From assembly GCA_964016885.1 (NCBI GenBank), contig OZ024743.1:271374001-271438000 (forward strand): a DNA stretch of 64,000 nt. Direction: 5' to 3'. This stretch comes from Eledone cirrhosa. Lineage: Eukaryota. Below are positions 25,501-37,000 of the stretch, one piece after another. Position numbers and translations under genes: made by a program. The notes beneath the pieces were generated by a model, which worked only from the letters and a program-made list of their open reading frames with translations, searched no databases and was not told the DNA's origin. Each line of letters starts with the position of its first letter. The first letter of the stretch is position 1.

Positions 25501-26583
25501 ATTGGTGACATGAGTATTTTTACATCATCTTTCCATGCTGCTATGGGTTGGACAGGTTGTCATGATTTGAGACCAGATGGGTGGGGGTAACCTCATCTCG
25601 CTCATGCATCCTAATTAATTAAAGTACAGTGACTGTCATTAGAAGTTGTGCCAGAAATTAGAAGCCATTATTATTATTATTGTTATTATTTGAACTTTAA
25701 GGCCTGAGTTCAAATCCTGCCAAAGTTAACTTTGCCTTTTATCTTTACGGGGTCGATAAAATAAAGTACCAGTAATGCACTGGGGTTGATTTAATTGACT
25801 TTCCCATTCCTCCAGATTGTTGGCCTTGTGCCTAAATCAGAAACTGTTATTATTATTACCTGAGTTTAAATCCTGCTGAGGTTAGCTTTGCCTTTCATCC
25901 TTACGGGGTCGATAAAATAAAACACCAGTAACGTACTGGGGTCGATTTAATCGACTCCCCCTCCCCCAAATTACTGGCCTTGTGTCTATACTAGAAATCA
26001 TTATTATTACTAGATGAGGGCGACGCCTTCTCCCTCTTTGTCTCACACACATCACTCTCTCTAAACAATTGACGTTTCTTTTCTTTCTATTTATGTACAC
26101 CTCTTTTGCTTGGCACTCCCTTCTCTCTATATAGATGAGGGCAACGTCATAACTTTCTTTCTACCTCTTTCTGTCACCTCAAAAACACATAGCATGCTCT
26201 TTTCTCTCTCTCTCTCTATGTACATATCTATCACCAGGCGCTCCCCCTCTCTCTATATATATAGTGAGCAGGACAGACAGACAGTGCTCTTATTATAATA
26301 TAGATTATTATTGGAATGTCTTTGGCACTTTTGGCCAGTAAAAGAAATCATTTTTTTTGCTACCCTCTCCTCTAGTTGTGAACACAATGAATTCACCATG
26401 CTGTACCTACTAAACCAAAGTCACCTGAAACGGAAGAGGGCTGCTGAGAAGACCGATTCTGGTTGTTCATCATCTGATGATGAGAAGAATAAAGACATGG
26501 AATGTGACTCAGAAGACAGTGATTGGGTGCAGTCTTCAAATATGTTAGTAAGTAAATGGTCAGATGAAGACAGCGACAGTTAA
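687..26583 (+). CDS. PWP2: PWP2/UTP1 periodic tryptophan protein 2 homolog, spliced, 5'-partial. join(687..822,2030..2159,5141..5216,5726..5887,8089..8296,9016..9164,10464..10762,12563..12743,17063..17210,20938..21112,22303..22521,23183..23408,26376..26583)
   Basis: Exons translate to PWP2 hallmarks (GSKDMSTRV, GLGQLLVWEWQSETYILKQQGH, LDGTVRAFDLNRYRNFRTFTSP, AWAATTTEGLLVYSLD). All GT..AG phases chain: 2317 nt = 1 + 772 codons. Acidic C-terminal tail, then AATAAA. Confidence 0.96.
823..2029 (+). other. U12-type (minor spliceosome) GT-AG intron
   Basis: 5' site GTATCCTTT at 823; branch site TTCCTTAAC at 2006-2014, about 15 nt before the AG at 2028-2029. Confidence 0.9.
2030..2159 (+). CDS. PWP2: PWP2 exon (LYTVAANG...DMDNST)
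   Basis: In frame after the previous exon; G|gtatgc donor. Confidence 0.9.
2480..2945 (-). repeat. SINE body followed by about 9 diverged ~46-bp units
   Basis: Repeats of gggtgcattttattgtggcaccagcactaccac-type unit. Confidence 0.7.
3325..3876 (+). mobile_element. RTE LINE 3' fragment fused to an OK-like SINE
   Basis: ERRLRWFVHV...GRPKKTW peptide, nearly the same as 59885-60170. Confidence 0.8.
4886..5087. mobile_element. piggyBac-like MITE (other copies ~5420-5636, 28658-28882, 43615-43842)
   Basis: TTAA-flanked, terminal inverted repeats CCCTTTAGCATT...AATGCTAAAGGG, 4 copies in the window. Confidence 0.7.
5141..5216 (+). CDS. PWP2: PWP2 exon (DAQNRRRQEEEED...KKGQ)
   Basis: ttttacag acceptor, gtgagt donor, phases 1/2 fit neighbours. 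Confidence 0.85.
5726..5887 (+). CDS. PWP2: PWP2 exon (...LTSVTFHKTTNLLVSGF...LIHSL)
   Basis: Matches the PWP2 WD region; ag/gt boundaries. Confidence 0.92.
8089..8296 (+). CDS. PWP2: PWP2 exon (ISDQ...GQLLVWEWQSE...GGEDAK)
   Basis: Highly conserved PWP2 motif. Confidence 0.96.
9016..9164 (+). CDS. PWP2: PWP2 exon (VKVWNVTSG...VRAFDLN)
   Basis: WD40 repeat; ttcag acceptor, gtgagt donor. Confidence 0.95.
10464..10762 (+). CDS. PWP2: PWP2 exon (YRNFRTFTSP...SGSWDKTVKLWD...LSSD)
   Basis: Conserved PWP2 WD repeats. Confidence 0.96.
12563..12743 (+). CDS. PWP2: PWP2 exon (LALAFRPDG...EGRHDL...SSAG)
   Basis: Conserved motif; gtaagt donor. Confidence 0.95.
12810..15976. repeat. 46-bp minisatellite, roughly 68 copies
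   Basis: Unit gtgtactgggtgcattttatcataatgccagcactaccatttgaca. Confidence 0.97.
17063..17210 (+). CDS. PWP2: PWP2 exon (SFNTICYSADG...KKFEISCNKSFDGME)
   Basis: Conserved motif; ttccag acceptor, gtaaga donor. Confidence 0.94.
17485..17765 (+). mobile_element. tRNA-derived SINE with Meta-like central domain, nested in another SINE
   Basis: tRNA-like head, then ccctgagatggtctggcgtcctgtccagggggg...agaaaccaggataagaactggcctgatgagcc; splits the ggatgaaag|gcaaag motif of the host SINE. Confidence 0.65.
18056..18118 (+). ncRNA. Type I hammerhead-ribozyme-like motif (C3->U variant)
   Basis: TTGATGA - gagatt/aatctt stem - GAAA - cagctg - TC, closed by gagtgtca/tggcattc. Confidence 0.6.
20130..20430. 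repeat. Diverged 43-46-bp tandem units of the same family as the 12.8-16 kb array
   Basis: Repeats of ...ttttattgtgacaccatcactac... Confidence 0.75.
20938..21112 (+). CDS. PWP2: PWP2 exon (EFLDRRQMTEWG...RFSPT)
   Basis: Conserved LPG..KGDMSSR motif. Confidence 0.95.
22303..22521 (+). CDS. PWP2: PWP2 exon (RAWAATTTEGLLVYSLD...IPLKD)
   Basis: Conserved FDPFQL and FRLNE motifs. Confidence 0.95.
23183..23408 (+). CDS. PWP2: PWP2 exon, Utp12/Dip2-type C-terminal domain (LHSTYVDKLL...HIQYYLTW)
   Basis: Open frame, phases 1/2, gtaagt donor. Confidence 0.92.
23907..24377 (+). mobile_element. Non-autonomous Helitron
   Basis: A|TCTAAACTATAATAAAG start; ccacccgaagggtgg hairpin then CTAG|T end. Confidence 0.6.
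24380..24570 (-). mobile_element. Young tRNA-derived SINE (other copies ~47841-48028, 48899-49085, 54432-54610, 55230-55434)
   Basis: A/B-box-like head (GTTCAAATCC), near-identical copies, 16-17 bp target-site duplications on several. Confidence 0.85.
24793..25113 (-). mobile_element. Full-length OK-like SINE
   Basis: tRNA-like head at 25113 (GGCTTAGTGG..GTTCAATTC), body matches 1-230. Confidence 0.8.
26376..26583 (+). CDS. PWP2: PWP2 last coding exon (CEHNEFTMLYL...DEDSDS*)
   Basis: tctag acceptor, acidic tail, TAA stop. Confidence 0.9.
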
Positions 26584-26613
26584 TAGTGAACTTAAATATA
26601 TTTCTAGTTTTCT

Positions 26614-26619
26614 AATAAA
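26614..26619 (+). promoter_or_regulatory. Polyadenylation signal of PWP2
   Basis: AATAAA 30 nt after the stop codon. Confidence 0.6.
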
Positions 26620-27814
26620 ATTATAACATATTTTATTCAAGTCGTTATTTCTTTACCATATAAGGACAATGATTTGTAGAATTGGTACAAAATGATTTGC
26701 AGTATTTAGTTTCATCCAGCCCATACTGTAAGGTGGTCGTGTTAGGTGTCACGATAAAAAAGCACCCAGCCCACACTGTAAGGTGGTTATGTAGATGTTA
26801 TGACAAAAAGCATCCAGCCCACACTGTAAGGTGGTCATGTAGGTGTTATGACAAAAAGTACCCAGCACATACTGTAAATGTGGTTGGCATTAGGAAGGGC
26901 ATCCAGCTGTAGAAACCTACTCAGAAATAGTTCTATATGAACAAGACACGGTCACTTGACCCAACTTGCCTCTAAATGGGACAGCCCGTCTAATCCATGC
27001 TAGTGTGGGGAATGGACTTTAAATGATGATGACGATCTTCTGAGTTCAAATCCTGCAAGATCAGCTTTGCCTTTTATCTTTCTGGGGTTGATAGGATTCA
27101 AGGGAAATGAATTGGCAGAATTGGTAGAGTGTTGGACAAAATGGTTTGCGGTATTTAGTTTTAGCCTTTTAAGTTCAAATCCCGCCAAGATCAGCTGTTT
27201 TCATCTTTTTGCAGTTGATAAAAATACAGTACCAGTCACATGCAGGGGTTGATGTAGTCAACTTCGCCCCCCCCCCCCTCCTTAAATTGCTGGCCTTATG
27301 CCTAAATTAGAAGCCAATTATGTCTTTATCATACATAAGCTTAGTCATGGCTGTGTGGTTTAGGTGTTTTCTGGGCTTTTTAATTACAGGTACAGTTCAT
27401 TCAATGGGCTTCTACGCAGTTTCTGTCTACCCAATTTTATTCACAAAGGTGAAGTCAAGCCCAAGGTTATAATAAATGACACTTACCCAAGATGCCACTT
27501 AGTGGAATTGAACCCAGAACCTTATTTCAAAGTAAACTTCTTAACCATTTGACCATGCTGTGCTTACACTAACAGCTACTACCACCATCTATTATTTACA
27601 TACTGTAGTTTTGCTTTAACATTAAGTATTGACTTGGTCTGTGACGACTTGACCATCCTCTGCTCGAATGAGAAAGCAAATGTGAAATGAAGCAGATGAT
27701 GCAGTCATAGTACTGTTTTGTATTTTTCAAGAATGTCATGCTAAAGTGGTTTCATGTGGTACAGGACAGAGTTAACACAATAAATAATTAATCACCATTC
27801 TTTTTTCTTAATGT

Positions 27815-27820
27815 TTTATT
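27815..27820 (-). promoter_or_regulatory. Polyadenylation signal of the ZU5/death-domain gene
   Basis: AATAAA on the minus strand about 100 nt past the stop at 27918. Confidence 0.5.
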
Positions 27821-27917
27821 TCATGACTACAACTACAGATGGAGTGTGTGTTGGTGTCAATGGAGAAACAAAGAAAAGTAAAAGATAATATTTTGGTGCT
27901 AAATGAATATATTCTTA

Positions 27918-28006
27918 TTAGGGAGTTTCAGAGTAAAAGGTTGACACTGCTGTTGTTGAGGCTGGTGGTGGTGTTGCTGTTTTCTGTTGAAATGCAGGAA
28001 TTCTGC
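27918..28006 (-). CDS. ZU5/DD gene last exon (RIPAFQQKTATPPPAS...ETP*)
   Basis: aatttcag acceptor, phase 1, stop and polyA signal downstream. Confidence 0.6.
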
Positions 28007-31000
28007 CTGAAATTAGTATAGAAATTCAAGGTAAATTACTGAACAACTGATGAAAATTAATTAAAACATAATCCTTTTATGTAGGAATATGAAGGGTGGT
28101 GGATTTGCAGAATCGTTAGTGTCGAAGAAAATGCTTCGCAGCATTTATTCTGGATTTTTACATCTTGTGTTCAAATCCCGCCTAGGTCTACTTTGCCTTT
28201 CATCCTTTTGGGGTCAATAAAATAGAGTACCAGTTATGTACTGAGGTTGATGTAATGACCTTCACCTCCCCACAAATTATTGGCCTTGTACCTAAATTAG
28301 AAATCATTATGTAGGAATATGAACCTGTAACTGTTGATGGGGTTATATGGGTGCCATAGTGACATACAATGTATTTTTGATATTTTAAACCTGGTGGAGC
28401 GCATCCACTCTCCAGGTCTGGACATAGCTGATTTCTTCCAGAAAAGGAGAGGAAATGAGAAGGCGATATAGAGGAAAAATCAATCCCAGGGTAAAAGATG
28501 AAAGGCAAAGTTGACCGTGCCAAATTTTGAACTCGGTTCAGAAAGCTGGAATGAATACCATGAGGCATTCTACCGACTGCTAATTCTCCACCTGCCATCA
28601 TATCATATTTTACATACAAAAATTTGAAAAGGTTTGAGGCCTACAGAAAAAAACACCTTAACCCTTTATCATTTACATTACTCTATATACACTATTGTAT
28701 TTTCATGGTAAAGGCTTTATCTCATAATTATCTCACATAATATTGAATCTGAGATTTTGATGTTATTTATTTTGAGAATAATACCTTAACATAAGTATGA
28801 GTGGCCAGTTACAGACAGTTTGAACAGAAAGAGGTGAGAGAATTCTGGCCTGATATGGCCGGTTTAAATGCTAAAGGGTTAAAGAACCACCTGTAGATTT
28901 TTATATATCTTATATATAAAAATTTGAAAAGTTTGTTGTTTATTGAGAACACTGACTAGCCCATGAGAGTATTTAAGAAATGTCACATCAATGGATGCCT
29001 GACACTTTTATTACCATATTTCTAATGAAAGATATTGCTTGTGATTTTCAAACAATTTTGAAAATAATCGAGAATTTTTAGATTTAGTATTATAACTAAA
29101 AGGTGTTTGAAACATAACTTAGCAAAGTTATTGTTGGAAACATGGTTTTTCTGGAAACATCAACTTTTAGATGTTTAAATAGAATGTTGATCATATCAAT
29201 CCCACCAGTCTTGGTGGACATGTAAATGATCAATAAGCATTGCCCTCTCTAAAACTAATCCTTTCATTACCATATTTCTCAGGAAAGACTGATTTTTAAA
29301 TTGTTTAGAAAAAAATATTAAGAATTTTTAGGTATTTAGTAATGTAACTAATTTTCTTATTAAGTTGGTGTTTGGAGTATAACTTAACAAAGGTTCTTAC
29401 ATAAAAGTTTTAGATAAATATAGATATTTTAACTCTTTCCTTACCATATTTCTAATGAAAGAAACAGCCCATAATTTTGAAACAATTTTGAAAATAATGA
29501 AGAATTCTCATTATTAAGTTTGTAGCATAACTTAAATATTCTTAGATAGAATGATTAAACATTTTAAAAGATAAATATAGATACTGACCACGTTCCACAG
29601 GATCTATTGTGGAAGGTTCTAAAGGAGTATGAGATTGATAGCTGTTTTGTTGCCCTGATGTCTATGTGAATGCCCTAGTATTTGTGTTTAGGTAAATGGT
29701 GCTAAGTCGAAACCATTCAATGTGGGTGTTGGTCACTGCCAAGGTGCATATGGTCATCTTTTCTGTTCATAATCTTCATGGATAGGATTGGCATGTGCAG
29801 CCTAGTTGGAAGTAGTTTCAAGACTGGTGGGTGTAGGATCACTCTGTGGAATTTGTAGACAACATGGTACTACTTAACTTGTCAGAAGGTGATCTCTGAC
29901 ATGCACTTGATAAGTTTGCTGCCGATTGCTGCATGGCAGGAATGAAAATCAGTGCTGCGAAGACTGAGACACTTGTCATCTTAAGGAAGCATATGCAGTG
30001 CACTTGACATGTGAGTGGAGTTCCACTAAAGCAGGTGGAAAAGTGCAAGTCACTTGGGACTGTGTTCATGAATTATGGAAGGCAAGAGCTGGGGCAGTAA
30101 TACGCCAGCTTCAGCATTCGTTCACCAGAAGAAGGGTCTGTAAGCCAACCTTGCTATCTTCAATTCTGTATTCATGCCAGCCCTTACCTACGGTCACGAA
30201 TCTTGGGTAATGACCGAAAGAATACGATTGCGAATACAAGCAACTGAAATGTTTTTTTTTTTTAAAAGGGTCTTAGAAGTAATATTACTCGGCAGAGTGC
30301 GTAGCTTGCGGATCAGAGAATTACTCCTGATTGAAGCACTACTTATCCAAATTGAAAGATCACAGCTTCAATATTACAGACATGTGGTTAGAATGTCTAG
30401 ATTGTTAGATTTTATGGGCAAAACCAGCTAGCAGGAGACCCAGCGATAGACCCTGAGCAAAATGTTTGGATAAGATCCATGAGCTTGACTGATATCACTT
30501 GGGGAGATGGTTGCTTCCAACCAGACCTGCTAGAAAGTGTGCTTAAAGACTCTGCTCCTATGACCATCCTAGGAATAATTGGGCAAAGAAGAAAAAGAAC
30601 TTTCTCATTAGGTCCTGTCTACATTCATGATGTTAGAATTCATTCAGTCAAATCCTGCCTGTAGATATGTTTTGCTACAGCAGTTGGATACCGACTGTAC
30701 TCCTGCTTTGAAGTATGTTCGTTTCTGATGTAAAATGCTCTGTGATTGGTTGAATTAGGACGCTATGCTTAGTTTGAACCAATCAGGGAGTGTTTTGTGA
30801 ATCATTTATGAATAATTTTAGCAACATGGTGCTTAGTTATGAGTTACATGCAAGAGACAGAACCACGTTTTTAGAAAGAAAATTAAAAAAAGAAAACATG
30901 GATCAGATAGTGTAAGAGCAATGGTCGGCCAACATAAGGGTTTCGTCACTCTTCTGAAGAGAGAAAATCTATCTGTATTTGCTGTTCATTGTGTCATTCA

Positions 31001-34000
31001 TCGACAACACTTGGCTGCGAAGAAACTCAGCAAGCTGCTGAGCAGTCCTTGCAGGTGGCTATTGATGTCATCAATTTTATCAAACGGCATTCCCTCAATG
31101 AACGAATTTTCCGGCAACTGTGCTAAGATAATGACGAAGAATTCGTCAAGTTGCTCCTTCATACTGAAGTGAGGTGGCTTTCAAAGAGCAAGTGCCTTAC
31201 TCACTTTGAACTCTTCGACTCTATCATTGAGTTTCTGCGAGGACGCAACACAGAACTGTACAAGAAAACCCTCGATGTGAGGCAAGACTGCGCCTACCTC
31301 ACCGACATCTTTGACAAATGCAATAGCGTCATTTTGGCTTTGCAGGGGAAGAAGATCACCTTGCTTAAAGCAAGGAATGCTGTGAAAACATTCCTGGCCA
31401 AATTGAATGTCATCGAAAGGAATCTTTGTTGACGGGAATTTTATAATTTTCCTAGTGTCGCCAATGTTCAAAACATTGTAAGCGATGACCAACTCAAAAT
31501 TTATACCACTCAAGACAACATGAGAGACTGGTTTGTCGACCTTTTGCATATGAACATCCCAATGTGGATAGCAGATCCCTTCATAGCTAACGTCGATGGT
31601 TTGGACGATAAATTTCAGGAAGAATTCATTGAACTTCAAGCAGATGTCAAGCGATTTCCACACCTACATGCAGAGGCTAAGAGATTTGCTCTGCCTTTTC
31701 CAAGCTCATACTTAGTCGAGAGTAGGTTTGGTGCTGTTTCCAGACTGCACATTAAGGCTCACAACCGCTACAATGTAATTACACGTGTGGAGATCTCTGG
31801 CTACATCTTACGAAAATTCAGCCTGACGTTAAAGAGTTAGCTAGACTCCATGAAATAAGGTCAAAGTTAAAGTAAGTTGATTTATCCGAAAACTTGGATA
31901 TGCTATTGTTACAAAGCAAATTAACAATTTTTTATTTGTAGTTGCAGTCTGACTGGACTGGAAACCATCTACTACAATTCATTTGTTGTATATATTTTAC
32001 CATTTACTAATGAATATACCCTCCCGCGTGGTCATGAAAACCATCTTCTGTGGTCTCTAAGCTCACAAAGCAGAGGGGACATCAAGTTAGATATCAACAT
32101 TTATTCTGTCCGTTTCATTAAAGGAAAAATTGGAAAGCTTTGAAATGATATAATTGCCACTTTCTTCCAGATAAGAGCACTCTTGGGATAGACAGAGTTG
32201 CTCTTGTATAAATGTTCAAAATAGCTGGTAATGCCTGGTGGGAATATGACAAATTCAACTGGTCCTTATTCATAAAAAAGAACATTTATGTTCCTTTTTT
32301 TTGAAATTTATATATTTCCTTTCAAGGAATGTATTTATACTCTCAGCTGCTTGCAATGGTATTTTTGGAATATTGTTAATCAATTTTTTAGTACTCTACT
32401 GATATCAAAATCAGTAGTATATTGAAAAATGGAAAAATAGGGGGAGGGGGGGGGGGGGGGCGTTTCGTGATTTTGAGGGACAAAAGGGAGCGTTTGGCCT
32501 AAATGGGTTGAGAACCTGTGGTGTAGATCATGCAGATTAGTTAAGAGCCACTGACTGTATTGGAAGGAAGTCCAACAAATAGTGGAAATATCTATTTTAT
32601 TTTATTGTTGATGAGGGTATATGTTCATTTGTGCTAAATCATAAGCTCCTGTCTAAAAATCACGTAATTGTGTAACAAACATACATGGTTACAATTATCA
32701 TAGAAAACAACTGAAAGCTAAAATCTGAACACACCTTACACCTACCTACCCATTCCAAAATGGTTCAGAACTTTTGGTTTGGAATACTTACAAGCAAGGA
32801 ATTGGAAACCCATTTTTGTGAGATATTTCTGTAATATTTCTAAATCATATTCTTGCCAACACTCCAACACAGAGAAACATTTCTCTCGAAGAGTTAAGTC
32901 AACCCGTTTGTCAATGTTTTGCTGTATTCCTTCTGAAACACCCAGGTATGTCCCTAACTCTTTCCATTTCATTGCCAGAGCTTCAGAACGACAAAGGAAA
33001 TCAAAGAATTTCTTTTTCTCACAATCTGTAAAGAAACAAAAATTATAGGGTTTCTTTATTTACTCTTTAAAATCCTGTACTGCATGAAACCAAATTAGTA
33101 AGACATTCTTAAAATGTACAAAACAGCGCATTAAAAATTAAAGTATTTATTCTAATACTGCAAATATTCACAATTATATATTTATTTGCTAGTAATGAGA
33201 TCATAAGGATCATTATCCTCCTCCTTGCATGTCTATTTTTCCATGTTGGCATTCTTAATCATAATTATTTATTTATATTAATACTAATATACTCTTATCA
33301 CATATAATTAAATATTATTGATTATTTAATAATAAATATAGTAGAAAGAACATATATATATATAGCAAAGGTAAAGAACCCCCTTCGGTCATGAATGACC
33401 ATGGGATTTGCCTCTAGAAAGTTCCCCTTTAAGGCACAAGTCCAGGCAAGGTTGTTTGTGGAAGATCAGCAGTCACCCATGCATACCAATTTCCGCTCTC
33501 CATGCCACCGATGTTGTCCAAGGGAAAGGCAAATGCCAATACACTTGGCACCAGTGATGTCGCAACTCATTTCTATAGCTTAGTGAACTGGAGCAACGTG
33601 AAATAAAGTGTCTTGCTCAAGAACACAACGCAAAGCCTAGTCTGAGAATCAAACGCACAACCTCGCAATTGCAAGCCCAAACTGAAACATTAATATATAT
33701 ATATTCACTGCATATAATTCCATAATTAGTAATATAATGTTAGGTCTTCAGTAAATATATATTTTTTTTAAATCATGTAAATGCTGGATTACTTCAGATA
33801 AATATGAATATTGCTCTGCTGGAACTCTATATATACAAGTTCATTTTAGAAAAACTGTCAATAACAATGACACCATTTTTTGAACTGTAAACTCTAAAAC
33901 ACAAATAATATATTTTTTTCAGACTATGATATTTTTGAACTTTATTTCTAACTGTAAACTTTTATCGTGATATTTTGATAATTATGTATATATTATCTGT

Positions 34001-37000
34001 TCTAATTATTTTCCTGGGTGACTTGTATCAGCATCTTAATTAAACTGATGATATCCATGGTCTATACTCACTAATGGTGAATTATTATTATAAAATAAAA
34101 TGATTTGCTATACGTAGCATAACCCAGATAGAAACAATTGCCAGTTATTAAATGCCTTAAACCTTAAATTCTTTGGTTTGTAAACAAATTGTTATTATAT
34201 AACAGCTCTGCATAATCCTATCATAGCATTAAGCTAAAAAACACTGAGTATATGAATAAAATTTACTCTCATTGACATTATATATATATATATATATATA
34301 AATGTATACACTCATATGACATATATACTTACCAATAAGTGCACTTTGACACTTGTGATTATACTCCTCTGCTGTTGCATTTAATTCTTTCACAAGTTGT
34401 TGATATCCAAGAACTGAGAGAGCTGAGGCCAGTGGTTTCACCTGAAATATTAATTTTTTTGAGGTGGGTCAGTTTCTGTGTAGGTGTATATAAAGGTAAA
34501 TTAGCTATAGCACTAACATGCTTACAAAATCCAAAAAACAGTACAGCTTCCATGACTTTTGGAAACATTTTTTCACACTCTGTATTGCTGAAGCATTGAA
34601 CAAACTAACTGCATTGGTTGTTAGTTTTCAGGACTAGTTTCCATATTTCCTGAAATTTGCCAACACTACACCTGATATTCCCCCTCTATACACACACATA
34701 CATGTGTGTGTCTGTGTGTATATCATGACTCATACACTGTTCACTGTCCTGACATTTGTACATTATTCTATGTACTATACATGCACCTTTGATGAGCTGG
34801 AGTGCACCTGAGCCCTGTACACAATAATTTTCATGATTATTATTTCATAAACAAATAAGTCTAGCTATGAGGGTTTTAAGCTGTGTTCATGTTAGTGCTA
34901 CTGATCATAATTCCAAGATAACCTAAGCATGAACTATATGCAAATGAACTTTTCTAGAAAATGTTTTATACACAAACAAAATGTATATAAACTATAGCCT
35001 ATTTTAATTTCAGTACTGAGTGAGTAAATGTTACCGATGATGGATTAAAAAATGCTGAAACATTAGTGTCTGGTGTTTTCACACTGCTACTGAAAGAACT
35101 ATGACATGATCATAACTTTAAATATTCATAGCAACACTTAATTTCTTATATACTCTTATTAAAAAAGTAAATGTATTATGAAAAATGCTGAGTTATGTGT
35201 TATTGTTGTTATTTAGCCCCAGGTCAGCCCTGATTAATATATAACCAAAAGTGTTCCAGCCATGATCATTCTGTCTTTTTGTATATCTAGGACTGTGAAA
35301 GTGCATGGCTTAAGGGTTAGCATGTTTGGCTCACAATCGTGGGGTCATGAGTTCAATTTCCAACAGCACATTGTGTCCTTGAATAAGACATTTTATTTAC
35401 TGTTATTCCAGTCTACTCAACTGTCAAAAATAATTTATTAAAACTGACAATGGAACATGACTTGACTTAAAAAAATTTTTTTATCTACATTAAATTACAA
35501 TGGCTGATTTTAATTTGAATATGGACATATTAAAAATGAAAGATTTTCTGTAAGAACCAAACTAAGGTCAATATCAGACATACTGGTATTGAAAAGGAAA
35601 ATTGGTGATTGTCAATTCAGGCCAAGGAAACAATATTTCCATTGGTCTTTTCCATTGCTGATACTATCTGCCAGTCACAACTCCAGGCAGAAAGAGGCAA
35701 AATTTAAACTCAGAACACTCACAGCCAGATCTGATATTACAAAAAATCTTGTCCAACTTTTAACAAACCCACTAATCCACCTCCATCCCCTGGAATTGTA
35801 CTTTATTTAATGACCCTGTAAGGATGACCATAGTAGGATTTGAACTCAGAGTGCAAAGAGCTGGAACAAATACCACAAGGCATTTAATAACACAACCCAT
35901 TTGCCACCTCTGTATCAAAGGAGTTAAATATTATTTAATTTTTCTTCGTAATAAAAGATGACTGTATTTTGTTGAAGTAAAAACAAAATACCTTTGGTGT
36001 AAGCCTGCATGTGTGTGTATATGTTTATTTATGTATGTGTTTGCTTATAACTTTAATGTTGTTTAATCCCTAAGTCAACTCCAATAGAGCAGAACAATGA
36101 GAAAAATCATTAGTGTTGTAATGATTCGGTCTATTTTTTTTAAAATTCAGTTTCAAAGTATCTTGGACTATATTTTCTAATGTGTCCTTCTAGCTTTTAA
36201 AGATAGGGTGTGAATTTGGCTACCTTTTCTAGCAGGTTGAGAAACCACATATGGGCCTCCTTGGCTTGATCCAGATTTGTTTTCCAGATACAGTACAGTA
36301 TATTTAGAATTTCATAACCAAATGTATCCTCTTTATATGACAAAAGGATGTGATTTTTTAATGAAGATTTGACTTGCTATTTCTAGTAGTCCAAGCAACT
36401 TTGTTAGATATTTCATTGTTAGCTGGCCATAAATAGCTTTAATATTTTTTGAAAAGGTGAAATAATGTTGTCATCTCAAGCTAACAAAAGAGCCTCTAGA
36501 CTAGTGATTTTCAATTTTATTTGAACCACACCTCACTTCCATTTTCCAAAACAATGTGGGTCTCCCAGCATGATTGTATAAAGTATATGGCATAGTACAT
36601 ATGCTTCAAAGGCAGTGAATATGCTTTGCATATGCTTTCCTTCTAGTTTTCTGCACTCTGAGTTCAAATTCCACCAAAGTCAACTTTGCTTTTCATCATT
36701 TTGAAGTTGATAAAATAAAGTACCAGTCAAGTACTAGGGCTGATTCTTCCTTTATATCTCTTTCTCACTTCCTCTTTTTCACTATCTCTCTTTTTTGTCT
36801 GGAAGAAATCAGCTGTGTTTAGATCTTGAGAGGAGAAGGGCTCTACCAGGTTTAAAATGACCAAGAAATGCTGTATGTCACTATGCCACCTTCACAACTC
36901 AATCAGAAGTTAAGGGCCCATGCAATGTAGATATATGCCTCATTTTGAAGTCTCATGCCACACCAAAATATTGCCATGCCCCACCAAAATACTGCCATGA

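Noticed and set aside
34040-34100. CTGATGA...GAAT hammerhead-like motif
   Set aside because: GAAA is mutated and no convincing stem I was found.
34359-34568. 69-aa minus-strand ORF with an LRR-like look
   Set aside because: Overlaps the death-domain exon in another frame and has no compatible splice sites.
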